Assembly (NCBI RefSeq): GCF_000017305.1 | Contig: NC_009664.2 | Location: 420,001-452,000 of the forward strand | DNA: 32,000 nucleotides | Source: Kineococcus radiotolerans SRS30216 = ATCC BAA-149 | GTDB taxonomy: Bacteria > Actinomycetota > Actinomycetes > Actinomycetales > Kineococcaceae | Reading direction: 5' to 3' | In this document: positions 8,173-15,901 of the stretch, one piece after another | Numbering within the stretch: position 1 is the stretch's first letter | Layout of the letters: every line of letters starts with the position of its first letter | Notes under the pieces: generated by a model | Told to the model about the DNA's origin: nothing | Databases searched by the model: none | Seen by the model: only the letters and a program-made list of their open reading frames with translations | Translations under genes and position numbers: made by a program

Positions 8173-9582
8173 TCAGCGGTGCGCGGCCGCCTCGTCGGCC
8201 GGCCGCGCCGCCGGGCCCCGGCGGCGCTGGTGGCGCAGCCCGAGGGCGACGACCACGACGGTCAGCACCAGGGACAGGGCGAGCTGCACGCGCTGGCCGG
8301 GCAGGACGACCATGAGGACGAGGACGACGGCGATGAAGGCGATGGTGGCGTAGGTCAGCCACGGGAACAACCACATCCGCACCGCCGGGCGCTCCCCCGC
8401 CTCGTCCAGGCGGCGGCGCACCACGACCTGGCTGAGGGCGATGAACGCGTAGATGACCAGGGCCAGGGCGCCGCTGGTGGCCAGCAGGTACTCGAAGATC
8501 TTCTCCGGCAGCAGGTAGTTGCCGACGACGGCGAGGAACCCGACGACGGTGGAGGCCAGGATCGCCGGGTAGGGCACGCCGCGGCGGGAGACGTGGGACA
8601 GCCAGACGGGGGCGTCCCCGCGCCGGGAGAGGGAGAACACCATGCGCGAGGCGGTGTAGAGGGCGGAGTTCAGGCAGCTCGCGACGGCGGTGAGGATGAC
8701 GACGTCCATGATCGTCGCGGCGCCGGGGATGCCGATGGCCTGCAGCGTCGTCTGGAAGGAGCCGTCGGCGTCGAGGGCGGCGGAGTTCCACGGCACGAGG
8801 GCCACGACGACGAAGATGGACCCGAGGTAGAACACCCCGATGCGGCCGATGACGGAGTTCACCGCGCGGCGCACGCCCTTCTGGGGGTCGGGGGACTCCG
8901 CGGCGGCGATGGTGACGATCTCGGTGCCCATGAAGCTGAACATCGTCAGCAGGATCCCGGCCAGGACGGCGGAGAACCCGTTGGGCAGGAAACCGCCCGC
9001 GTCGCCGGTGAGGGAGAAGCCGGGGGTGCCGCTGATGTCGCTGCCGGGCAGGACGCCGAAGATCGCCAGCAGGCCCACGGCGATGAACCCGACGATGGCG
9101 ACGACCTTCACCCCGGCGAACCAGAACTCGAACTCGCCGTAGTTGCCGACGCTGGTGAGGTTGGAGGCGGTCAGCGCCAGTGTCACCAGCAGCGCCCACA
9201 CCCATTGCGGCGCACCGATCCAGCTGCTGAGGATGTCGGCGGCGGCGGTGGCCTCGACGGGGATGACGAGGACCCAGAACCACCAGTACAGCCAGCCGAC
9301 GCTGAACCCGGCCCAGCGGCCCAGCGCCCGGTCGGCGTAGGTGGAGAACGACCCGGTGTCGGGGTGGGCGGTGGCCATCTCCCCCAGCATCCGCATCACC
9401 AGCACCACCAGGAGACCGGCGAAGGCGTAGGAGAGCAGGACCCCCGGCCCGGCTTCGGCGATGGCGGTCTTGGACCCCACGAAGAGGCCGGCGCCGATGA
9501 CGCCGGCGATGGAGATCATGGTGATGTGGCGGGGTTTCAGGCCGGTGCCCAGACCCGACTGTTCCTGCGGTGCGAGCTGCAC
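8173..9582 (-). CDS. gabP: GABA / amino-acid permease (APC superfamily)
   Basis: 469 aa from GTG 9582..9580 (VQLAPQEQSGLGTGLKPRHITMISIAGVIGAGLFVGS...). It appears near-collinear with E. coli GabP as I recall it: GLKSRHVTMLSIAGVIGASLFVGS, DTGSFSTYAD, GWLYWWFWVLVIP, NYGEFEFW, FSFMGxEIVTIAAAES, CLNSALYTASRM, SLSRRGDAP. The track ORF extension to 10032 overlaps the opposite-strand gene and is not credible. Confidence 0.9.
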   Translation of the reverse strand: MQLAPQEQSGLGTGLKPRHITMISIAGVIGAGLFVGSKTAIAEAGPGVLLSYAFAGLLVVLVMRMLGEMATAHPDTGSFSTYADRALGRWAGFSVGWLYWWFWVLVIPVEATAAADILSSWIGAPQWVWALLVTLALTASNLTSVGNYGEFEFWFAGVKVVAIVGFIAVGLLAIFGVLPGSDISGTPGFSLTGDAGGFLPNGFSAVLAGILLTMFSFMGTEIVTIAAAESPDPQKGVRRAVNSVIGRIGVFYLGSIFVVVALVPWNSAALDADGSFQTTLQAIGIPGAATIMDVVILTAVASCLNSALYTASRMVFSLSRRGDAPVWLSHVSRRGVPYPAILASTVVGFLAVVGNYLLPEKIFEYLLATSGALALVIYAFIALSQVVVRRRLDEAGERPAVRMWLFPWLTYATIAFIAVVLVLMVVLPGQRVQLALSLVLTVVVVALGLRHQRRRGPAARPADEAAAHR

Positions 9583-9684
9583 GACGTCCTCCTCGACGGT
9601 GGTCCCGGGATCACCCGGTCCTGCTCCGCGGTCGCTGGGTGCGCCCCGCGGGGGCGGGGCGCGGGCCACGGTAGCGTCCCGGCC

Positions 9685-10152
9685 ATGAGCCCGAGGACCA
9701 TCGCCACGTCGCGCCGCGTCGACCTGCCCGAACTGCTGGACTTCGTCCGCACCCGCCACCGGGTGGTGCTGACCACGACCCGCCCCGACGGCAGCCCGCA
9801 GATGTCCCCGGTGACCGCCGGGATCGACGAGCAGGGCCGGCTGGTGGTCTCGACCTACCCCGAGCGCGCGAAGGCCGTGAACGCCCGCCGCGACCCCCGC
9901 GGGTCGGCGCTGGTGCTCTCCGACGACTTCGGCGACGCCTGGGTGCAGCTGGACGGGGAGTTCGAGGTCCTCGACGGCGAGGACGCCGTCGAGCCGCTGG
10001 TCGACTACTTCCGCTGCATCTCCGGGGAGCACCCGGACTGGGCGGAGTACCGGCAGGCGATGCGGACCCAGGGCAAGTCGTTGCTGCGCATGACGATCCG
10101 GCGCTGGGGCCCCATCGCCACCGGTGGTTTCCCCGCGCGGCTGGCCGACTGA
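9685..10152 (+). CDS. PPOX-class (pyridoxamine 5'-phosphate oxidase fold) probable F420-dependent enzyme
   Basis: 155 aa from ATG 9685 (MSPRTIATSRRVDLPELLDFVRTRHRVVLTTTRPDGSPQMSPV...). The size and the pattern (RxxVLxTxxxDGxPQxxPV, C-terminal IATGG) are typical of the actinobacterial PPOX/F420 class. Confidence 0.7.
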   Translation: MSPRTIATSRRVDLPELLDFVRTRHRVVLTTTRPDGSPQMSPVTAGIDEQGRLVVSTYPERAKAVNARRDPRGSALVLSDDFGDAWVQLDGEFEVLDGEDAVEPLVDYFRCISGEHPDWAEYRQAMRTQGKSLLRMTIRRWGPIATGGFPARLAD

Positions 10153-10154
10153 GG

Positions 10155-10340
10155 TCAGGGCCCCGGGTCGGGGGCGTCGCGCAGGTTCGCCTCGACGAGG
10201 GCGACCAGGCCCTCGTCGAGCTCGATGCGGTGCTCACCGCGGCCGTGGGCGACGACCTGGGCCAGGATGTCGTCCCGGTCGGTGCCGAGGAACTCGCGAC
10301 TGCAGCCGGGGACCACGTCCCCGCACCTGAAGGCCTTCAC
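10155..10340 (-). CDS. DUF1059-type small metal-binding protein
   Basis: 61 aa: VKAFRCGDVVPGCSREFLGTDRDDILAQVVAHGRGEHRIELDEGLVALVEANL. This fits the DUF1059 pattern (xxFxCxDxxxxC...H....H). Its GTG overlaps the stop of the upstream EAL gene as GTGA. Confidence 0.7.
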   Translation of the reverse strand: MKAFRCGDVVPGCSREFLGTDRDDILAQVVAHGRGEHRIELDEGLVALVEANLRDAPDPGP

Positions 10341-11485
10341 GCGCCCATCCTCCACGGGTGTCGACGCTGTCCGGACGAAGGGGTGGCCGCGAGGTCGAGG
10401 ACGACGTCCTCGACCCCGACGAGCCCGATGTAGCGCCCGGCGGAGTCGGTGCAGACCACCGGGTCGAAGCGCACGGGGCCGGCTCGCGCCAGGGCGCGCT
10501 CGGCGGCCTCGGGGACGGGCGTCTCCGGGGCCAGGCGCAGGTCGACGGTCTCCACGCGGGGGTGCTCCCCCGGCCGCTGCCCGGGCAGCACGATGACCCG
10601 GGGGACGTCCTCGCCGTCGACGACGACGACGGGGGCGACGTCCTCGACCGCGATCCGCACCGCGCCGGGGACGGTGTGGGCGGTCTTGGTGCGCCGGGCC
10701 AGGTCGCCGGTGCGGCGCACCGGGGCCAGCGGGAGGCGCTGGGGTCCCTGCAGCAGCTGCAGCGCCTCGGGGCTGAGGCCGGCGAAGTCCCCGGTGGGGC
10801 GGGCCAGCAGGAAGCCCTGCACCAGCGGGACGCCCATCCCGCGCAGCACGTCGAGCTCGGCGACGGTCTCCACGCCCTCGGCGATGATCCAGGCGTCCAG
10901 GCGCCCGGCGCACTCCCCCAGGAACTGCACCAGCGAGCGCTTGACCAGGTCGTCCTGCAGGCCGCGGACCAGCTGCAGGTCGACCTTGAGGATCTCCGGG
11001 CGCACCACGGCCATCCGCAGCAGCCCGGAGTGGCCGGTGCCGACGTCGTCGAGGGCCACGATGGCCCCCCGGGCGCGCAGCGCCTCGAGCGGTCCGACGA
11101 GCTCGCGCGGGTCGCACGCGGCGTGCTCGGTGAGCTCGAGGACGACGCCGGTGAGGTCGTGGGCCTGCAGGACGGACATCACGCCCGGGTCGGCCAGGGA
11201 GGTGGGGCTGGCGTTGACGGTGAGGAAGGCGCCGGGGGGCAGCCGGTCGAGCAGGGCCAGGCCGCGGCGCAGGACGACGCGGTCGAGGTCGGCGTCGCGG
11301 TTGAGGGCGCGCGCGGCGCGGAACCAGTCCTCCGTGGGCAGGTCGGAGGGGAGCCGGCTGAGGACCTCGTAGCCGGCCACCCGTCCCGCGGCGACGTCGA
11401 CGACGGGGTGCAGGACGAGGCGCAGCAGCGCGGGGTCGGCGCAGACGGCGTCGAGGCGGTGGTGCCAGCGGGCACGGTGGGACAT
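10337..11485 (-). CDS. EAL-domain (c-di-GMP phosphodiesterase-type) protein with a C-terminal CBS pair
   Basis: 382 aa from ATG 11485 (MSHRARWHH...). EAL-family motifs present: GYEVLSRL (an EVL variant of EAL), LTVNASP, ELTEH, ALDDVGTGHSGL, LKVDLQLV, IIAEGVET, QGFLLARP. The C-terminal ~110 aa look like a CBS pair (VVVVDGEDVPRVIV..., VVCTDSAGRYIGLVGVEDVV). Confidence 0.8.
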   Translation of the reverse strand: MSHRARWHHRLDAVCADPALLRLVLHPVVDVAAGRVAGYEVLSRLPSDLPTEDWFRAARALNRDADLDRVVLRRGLALLDRLPPGAFLTVNASPTSLADPGVMSVLQAHDLTGVVLELTEHAACDPRELVGPLEALRARGAIVALDDVGTGHSGLLRMAVVRPEILKVDLQLVRGLQDDLVKRSLVQFLGECAGRLDAWIIAEGVETVAELDVLRGMGVPLVQGFLLARPTGDFAGLSPEALQLLQGPQRLPLAPVRRTGDLARRTKTAHTVPGAVRIAVEDVAPVVVVDGEDVPRVIVLPGQRPGEHPRVETVDLRLAPETPVPEAAERALARAGPVRFDPVVCTDSAGRYIGLVGVEDVVLDLAATPSSGQRRHPWRMGA

Positions 11486-11630
11486 CCCCCTCACAGCGCC
11501 GCCCCCCCTCAGACCGTCACTCCAGGTGGTTGTACCCGCCGCGCCCGAGATGAACCCTCCGTGAAGGGATCGTGCAGGTGCGTGACGGTGCCCGAGCATA
11601 TAGCGGTAGTCGCCCGGTGACCCACCGCTC

Positions 11631-12785
11631 ATGGCGGGGAACCTCAAGGAGCTCCGCGAGGTGGTCGATCCCTCCCGGGTGAACCCACGATCGCTGCCCG
11701 CCCTCCTGCTGGCCCTCGGCCTGGGAGCCGGGGCGCTCGCGGCGGCCGGACCCGCGCGCGCCGAACCGGTGAGCGCCGCGCAGGCCCGGGTCGAGGCGGC
11801 CGCGGCGGAGCGGGCGGTGGACGTGGCCACGGCCCGGGTCGCCGCCGCCCGGGAGGCCCACGCCGCCCAGCAGCGCGAGGTCGCGAGCGCGGTGAGCGCG
11901 AGCGTGGGGACCCAGGTGGAGGCCGAGCGCGCGCAGGGGGCGGCCCGGTCGGTGCGGGCGGCGGCGGCGCAGCGGGTGCGCTCGATGTACATGGGCGGGG
12001 CGTCCACGGAGGCCGGGCGCGGCCTGGCCCTGCTCTCCTCCCTGACCCGCGGCGGGGACCCGACGGTGGCCCTGGCGGGGATGGCGGCCGCGCGGCGGGC
12101 CGACGTGGCCGCGCAGGGGGCGGCGCAGGCGCGGGCCGCGACGGCGGCCGACGCGGCGCGGGCCGCCGGCGGGGGCGCGGTCGCGGCGGTGGCGGGGCTG
12201 GGCGAGGTCGCCGCGCAGGTGGGCGCGATGAGCGAGGCGCTGGCCGCGGCGCAGCGGCAGGTGGCCGCCCTGACCGCGGAGGCATCGCGGTTGCAGGCCG
12301 CCGAGGACGCCGCCGCCGCGCTCGCCGCGGCGCAGGCGCAGGCCGCGGCGGTGCAGGCACAGGCGCAGGCCGCGGCGGCGGTGGTGCCCGCGCGCGAGGT
12401 CGCGACCGACTACTCCGACCTGTACGTGCGGGCCGCGGCGACGTGCGCGGGGATGCGGCCGGCGCTGCTGGCGGCGGTGGGCCAGGTGGAGAGCGGTCAC
12501 GGCCGCACCACCGGGCCGAGCTCCGCGGGGGCGCTGGGGCCGATGCAGTTCATGCCCGCGACGTTCGCCGCCTACGGCGTGGACGGCGGCGGCGACGGGG
12601 TGCGGGACGTGCAGGACCCCGCCGACGCGGTGTTCAGCGCGGCGAACTACCTGTGCGCCAACGGGGGCGGGAAGGGCCGCGACGGGGAGTCGGGGGCGTT
12701 GTTCCGCTACAACCACGCCGACTGGTACGTGACGATGGTGCAGCGCATCGCCGACGAGCTCCAGGCCGGCGGCTTCGGCGCCTGA
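11631..12785 (+). CDS. secreted lytic transglycosylase (SLT-like domain) with an Ala-rich coiled-coil N-terminal region
   Basis: The signal-like segment is RSLPALLLALGLGAGALAAAGPARA/EP. A long Ala/Gln/Arg-rich helical region follows. The C-terminal catalytic-type block is LLAAVGQVESGHGR...GALGPMQFMPATFAAYGVDGGGDG...AANYLCANGG...FRYNHADWYV. The start could instead be GTG 11679. Confidence 0.8.
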   Translation: MAGNLKELREVVDPSRVNPRSLPALLLALGLGAGALAAAGPARAEPVSAAQARVEAAAAERAVDVATARVAAAREAHAAQQREVASAVSASVGTQVEAERAQGAARSVRAAAAQRVRSMYMGGASTEAGRGLALLSSLTRGGDPTVALAGMAAARRADVAAQGAAQARAATAADAARAAGGGAVAAVAGLGEVAAQVGAMSEALAAAQRQVAALTAEASRLQAAEDAAAALAAAQAQAAAVQAQAQAAAAVVPAREVATDYSDLYVRAAATCAGMRPALLAAVGQVESGHGRTTGPSSAGALGPMQFMPATFAAYGVDGGGDGVRDVQDPADAVFSAANYLCANGGGKGRDGESGALFRYNHADWYVTMVQRIADELQAGGFGA

Positions 12786-12827
12786 CCCGGGACGGGACCC
12801 CGCCCCGGGTCCGGGGCCGGGGTCAGG
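12781..12827. terminator. imperfect inverted repeat spanning two convergent stop codons (candidate bidirectional terminator)
   Basis: Outer arms CCTGACCC (12781-12788) and GGGTCAGG (12820-12827). Inner stem GGACCC (12795-12800) and GGGTCC (12807-12812). No U-tract. Confidence 0.3.
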
Positions 12828-13599
12828 TCTCGTCCAGGCGCAGCACCGTGGTCCCCGACAGCGTCCGCACCTCCACGCTGGCGATCTGGGCGCGGGTCCA
12901 GGACGTGGCGCCGCTGAGCTGGGCGTCGCGCCCGGGCAGCGCGGTCCAGGTCCCGATCTGCTGGGTGGCGCCCGCGGTGTCGGAGACGACGAGGGCGTAG
13001 GGGTGCGGCTGCTCGGCCTCGGCGTGGGCGTAGGCGCAGACGAGGTCCACCTGGGTGCCCCAGCCCACCTCGGTGAGCTGGACGGTGGCGGTGACCGGGA
13101 CCGGCAGCAGCGGGTCCATCGCCTGCACCCGCCCCGGCCCGGGGGACGCCCCCGGGCCGGCGCTGGACGGGGCACTGGAGGGGGCGCCCGGCAGCGCGGA
13201 GGGGACCGCGGGGGCCGACGGGTCGCCGCCGGACCACGCGAACGCCCCGGCGAGCGCCGCGGCCAGGCCCAGCCCGCCGACGAGCGCCGCGCGGCGGGTG
13301 GTGCGCCGGCGCCGGACCGCGCGCAGCAGGGCGGGCAGGACGGTGTCGGGCACCGCGTCCTCGCCGAGACCGCGCTCGCGCAGCGCGGCCGCGGGGTCCT
13401 CCCGGCCGAGGGCGTCGACGACGTCGCGGGGGGTGCGGGAGAGCAGCCCGGGCAGGCCGGCGAGCCCCTCGACGGCGTGGCGGCAGTCCGGGCAGGTGCG
13501 CAGGTGGGTCTCGAAGGCGCTGCGCTCGGCGGGGGCGAGGGCGCCGAGGACGTAGGGGCCGGCGGTGGTGGCGAAGGGGTCGTCGCGGTCGGCGTCCAT
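12823..13599 (-). CDS. membrane-spanning anti-sigma factor, zinc-binding (ZAS, HxxxCxxC) type
   Basis: 258 aa from ATG 13599..13597 (MDADRDDPFATTAGPYVLGAL...). The ZAS motif is HLRTCPDCRH. A single TM segment is ALVGGLGLAAALAGAFAW, followed by an extracytoplasmic domain of ~130 aa. The ATG overlaps the sigma-factor stop as ATGA. Confidence 0.8.
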   Translation of the reverse strand: MDADRDDPFATTAGPYVLGALAPAERSAFETHLRTCPDCRHAVEGLAGLPGLLSRTPRDVVDALGREDPAAALRERGLGEDAVPDTVLPALLRAVRRRRTTRRAALVGGLGLAAALAGAFAWSGGDPSAPAVPSALPGAPSSAPSSAGPGASPGPGRVQAMDPLLPVPVTATVQLTEVGWGTQVDLVCAYAHAEAEQPHPYALVVSDTAGATQQIGTWTALPGRDAQLSGATSWTRAQIASVEVRTLSGTTVLRLDET

Positions 13600-14105
13600 C
13601 AGCGGCTCACCCCCATCTCCTGCAGGGCCAGCCGGAGGTTCATCAGGGCGTAGTGGGTGCGCGACTTCACCGTGCCCTCCGGGATGGCCAGGGTGCGGGC
13701 GGCCTCGGCGACGGAACGGCCGCGGAAGTAGCACTCGCCCAGCACGGCGCGGTGCTCGGGCGAGAGGCGGGTGAGGGCCTGGGTGACGACCCACTGCTGC
13801 AGGACCTGCTCGGACTCGTCGACGACGACGCGGTCGGGGACGTCGGCGTGGACGCTCTCGCGGCGGTTGCGCGCGGAGCGCCAGTCGTCGATGACGAGGC
13901 GGCGGGCGACGGTGAAGAGCCACCCGCGGGTGGAGCCGCGGGCGGGGTCGAGGGACTCCGGGTGGCGCCAGGCGCGCAGCAGGGTCTCCTGCACGACGTC
14001 GTGGGCGCTGGCCCGGTCCCCGGTCAGCGACACGACGTAGCTCCACAGGGCCCCGGCGTGCTCGTCGTGCAGCGCCCGCACGAGCTCCTCGTCGGCCTCG
14101 GTCAT
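13599..14105 (-). CDS. ECF (group 4) sigma-70 family RNA polymerase sigma factor
   Basis: 168 aa. Region 2 is DVVQETLLRAWRH...WLFTVARRLVIDDWR. Region 4 is LSPEHRAVLGECYFRGRSVAEAARTLAIPEGTVKSRTHYALMNLR. Confidence 0.9.
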   Translation of the reverse strand: MTEADEELVRALHDEHAGALWSYVVSLTGDRASAHDVVQETLLRAWRHPESLDPARGSTRGWLFTVARRLVIDDWRSARNRRESVHADVPDRVVVDESEQVLQQWVVTQALTRLSPEHRAVLGECYFRGRSVAEAARTLAIPEGTVKSRTHYALMNLRLALQEMGVSR

Positions 14106-14134
14106 CGCAGTGGTCCTCCCTCGTCCCTCTCGAG

Positions 14135-14164
14135 GACACCACGAGGCGGGAGGGGGAACGGTTC
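14135..14164 (-). promoter_or_regulatory. candidate ECF-type autoregulatory promoter (GAACC-N16-CGTGGTGTC)
   Basis: The minus strand reads cgcgtcGAACCgttccccctcccgcctCGTGGTGTCc. It ends ~30 nt upstream of the sigma ATG (14105), with GGGAGGA as the ribosome-binding site. It resembles the mycobacterial SigL-type consensus as I recall it (TGAACC-N16-CGTgtc). Confidence 0.4.
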
Positions 14165-14187
14165 GACGCGGCTCCTAGGTTGGTCCG

Positions 14188-14958
14188 GTGAGCTCGAACC
14201 CCTCCTGGACGGACGCCCAGGTCCCGGTGGACCCGGTGGCCGTCCCCCCGCCGTTGCGGGAGGTGGTGGCCCGGTGGGGCGCGCCCGCGGACGCCGCGGA
14301 GCTGCCGGCGGCGTGGGTGAACGCGGCCGGGGGCACCACCTTCCGGCTGGAGGACCGGGGGGTGTTCTGCAAGTGGGCCCCGGCGGGGGTGGGGCTGGAC
14401 CTGGCCGCGGAGGCGGACCGCTCGCGGTGGGCGGTCCGGTGGCTGGCGGTGCCGGAGGTCCTGGAGCACGGCACGTGCCCGGAGGGCGAGTGGCTGGTGA
14501 CCCGGGGGCTGCCCGGTCGCAGCGCGGTGGCGGAGGACTGGCGGGCGCGCCCCGAGGCCGCGGTGCCGGCCCTGGCGCGGGGGTTGCGGCGCCTGCACGA
14601 CACCCTGCCGGTGGCGCAGTGCCCCTTCGACTGGTCGGTGCCGCACCGGCTGGCCCGGGCGGTGGGGGCGGTCGAGGGGCTGCTGGAGCCGCCGCCGGTG
14701 GACCGGCTGGTGGTCTGCCACGGCGACGCGTGCGCGCCGAACACGTTGCTGGCCGAGGGGTCCGGGGAGGCCGTGGCGCACGTGGACCTGGGGGCGCTGG
14801 GGGTGGCGGACCGGTGGGCGGACCTGGCGGTGGCCACGCTCAGCCTGGGCTGGAACTACGGGCCGGGCTGGGAGGGGACGTACCTGGCGGCCTACGGGGT
14901 GGACCCGGACCCGGTGCGGACCGCCTACTACCGGGCGCTGTGGGAGGTGGGGCCGTGA
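14188..14958 (+). CDS. aminoglycoside 3'-phosphotransferase-like kinase (APH family)
   Basis: 256 aa. The catalytic and Mg-binding blocks are VVCHGDACAPNTLL and HVDLGALGVADRWADLAVA. The C-terminal YYRALWE matches APH(3') enzymes (HGDACLPN / DCGRLGVADRYQDIA / FYRLLDEF). Confidence 0.8.
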   Translation: MSSNPSWTDAQVPVDPVAVPPPLREVVARWGAPADAAELPAAWVNAAGGTTFRLEDRGVFCKWAPAGVGLDLAAEADRSRWAVRWLAVPEVLEHGTCPEGEWLVTRGLPGRSAVAEDWRARPEAAVPALARGLRRLHDTLPVAQCPFDWSVPHRLARAVGAVEGLLEPPPVDRLVVCHGDACAPNTLLAEGSGEAVAHVDLGALGVADRWADLAVATLSLGWNYGPGWEGTYLAAYGVDPDPVRTAYYRALWEVGP

Positions 14959-15010
14959 GCGGGCGGAGGGGGTGTGCGGGCGGGGACGCCGACGCGGGTA
15001 CCGTCGCGGG

Positions 15011-15682
15011 GTGAGCTCGCCCGTCGCGGACCTTCGTTCCTACCTGGCGGGCCTGTCCTGGCCCGACCCGCAGGCCCCGCGCTTCGACCCCGACACCGCC
15101 CCGGCGGACCCGGTGGAGCTGTTCGCGCAGTGGCTGGAGGCGGCGGTCGAGGCCGGCGCCCCGGCCCCGCACGTGATGACGCTGGCCACGGTCGACGCGG
15201 CCGGCCGCCCCGACGCGCGGGTCACGGTGCTGGAGGACGTGGACGAGTCCGCGTTCTGGGTCGCCGCCAGCGAGACCAGCCCCAAGGGCAAGCAGCTGGG
15301 CCGGGTCCCGGTGGCGGCGCTGGTCTTCCACTGGCCCTCGCTGGGACGCCAGGTGCGGGTGCGGGGGGCGGTGCGCCCGGCCGAGGCGGCCCGCACCGCG
15401 GCGGCGTTCGAGCGGCTGAGCGCCCACCAGCGCGCCGACCTGCTGGCGGACCGCCAGAGCGGTCCGCTGCACGACGAGGTGTGGCTGTCCGACGCGCTGG
15501 GCGACCCCACCGAGCTGCTGGCGCTGGAGGGGGCGGGGCCGGTGACGGCGCCGACGTGGCGGCTGTGGGGGGTGGACGCGGGACGGATGGAGTTCTTCCA
15601 GGCCGAGCGCGACGGCCATCACGTGCGGTTGCGCTACTCCCGCAGCGAATCCGGCTACGGCACGGAGCTCCTGCACCCCTGA
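15011..15682 (+). CDS. pdxH: pyridoxamine 5'-phosphate oxidase (PdxH-like)
   Basis: The PdxH-like blocks are MTLATVDAAGRPDARVTVL, VFHWPSLGRQVRVRGAV and RMEFFQAERDGHHVRLRY, with a C-terminal ...LLHP. The start is set at GTG 15011; an in-frame start at 14972 is also possible. Confidence 0.65.
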   Translation: MSSPVADLRSYLAGLSWPDPQAPRFDPDTAPADPVELFAQWLEAAVEAGAPAPHVMTLATVDAAGRPDARVTVLEDVDESAFWVAASETSPKGKQLGRVPVAALVFHWPSLGRQVRVRGAVRPAEAARTAAAFERLSAHQRADLLADRQSGPLHDEVWLSDALGDPTELLALEGAGPVTAPTWRLWGVDAGRMEFFQAERDGHHVRLRYSRSESGYGTELLHP

Positions 15683-15901
15683 GGGGCGGTTCCGCCGGGG
15701 TCCGGCCCGCGCCGCCGTCACCCGTCCGCGACCGCGGGCGCACCCGGGGGCCCGGGAGGGGGTGGGCGTAACCTCGCCCACGGTGGTCCCCCGGACACTC
15801 GCCGTTCCCAGGCGTCGGCGCCGGCTACACGGCCGCGCCGCCCCGGGACGTCCGGCGGGCCGGGTGGGCCGCCGGACCACACGACAGCGGGGGGAACAGG
15901 C

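Noticed and set aside
9583-10032. The 5' extension of the permease ORF to 10032.
   Set aside because: It overlaps the well-supported + strand PPOX-class gene and adds a non-homologous Arg/Gly-rich N-terminus. Similarity to GabP begins at the GTG 9582 start.
11486-11678. A possible c-di-AMP (ydaO-type) riboswitch upstream of the transglycosylase gene.
   Set aside because: I saw elements resembling CCCGA and GGGGAACC/GGGUGAACC, but they occur in the wrong 5'-to-3' order relative to the motif as I remember it. I kept it only as a low-interest item to test with a covariance model.
14972-15010. An alternative upstream start for the PdxH-like gene.
   Set aside because: The extra 13 residues are Arg/Gly-rich (CGRGRRRGYRRG), and similarity to PdxH starts later. 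GTG 15011 is preferred, but 14972 is not excluded.
15762-15781. A hairpin GTGGGCG-taacct-CGCCCAC in the 219-bp gap upstream of the GNAT gene.
   Set aside because: It has only a 7-bp stem, lies 80 nt from the preceding stop, and has no supporting features. The evidence is insufficient to call a terminator or regulatory RNA.
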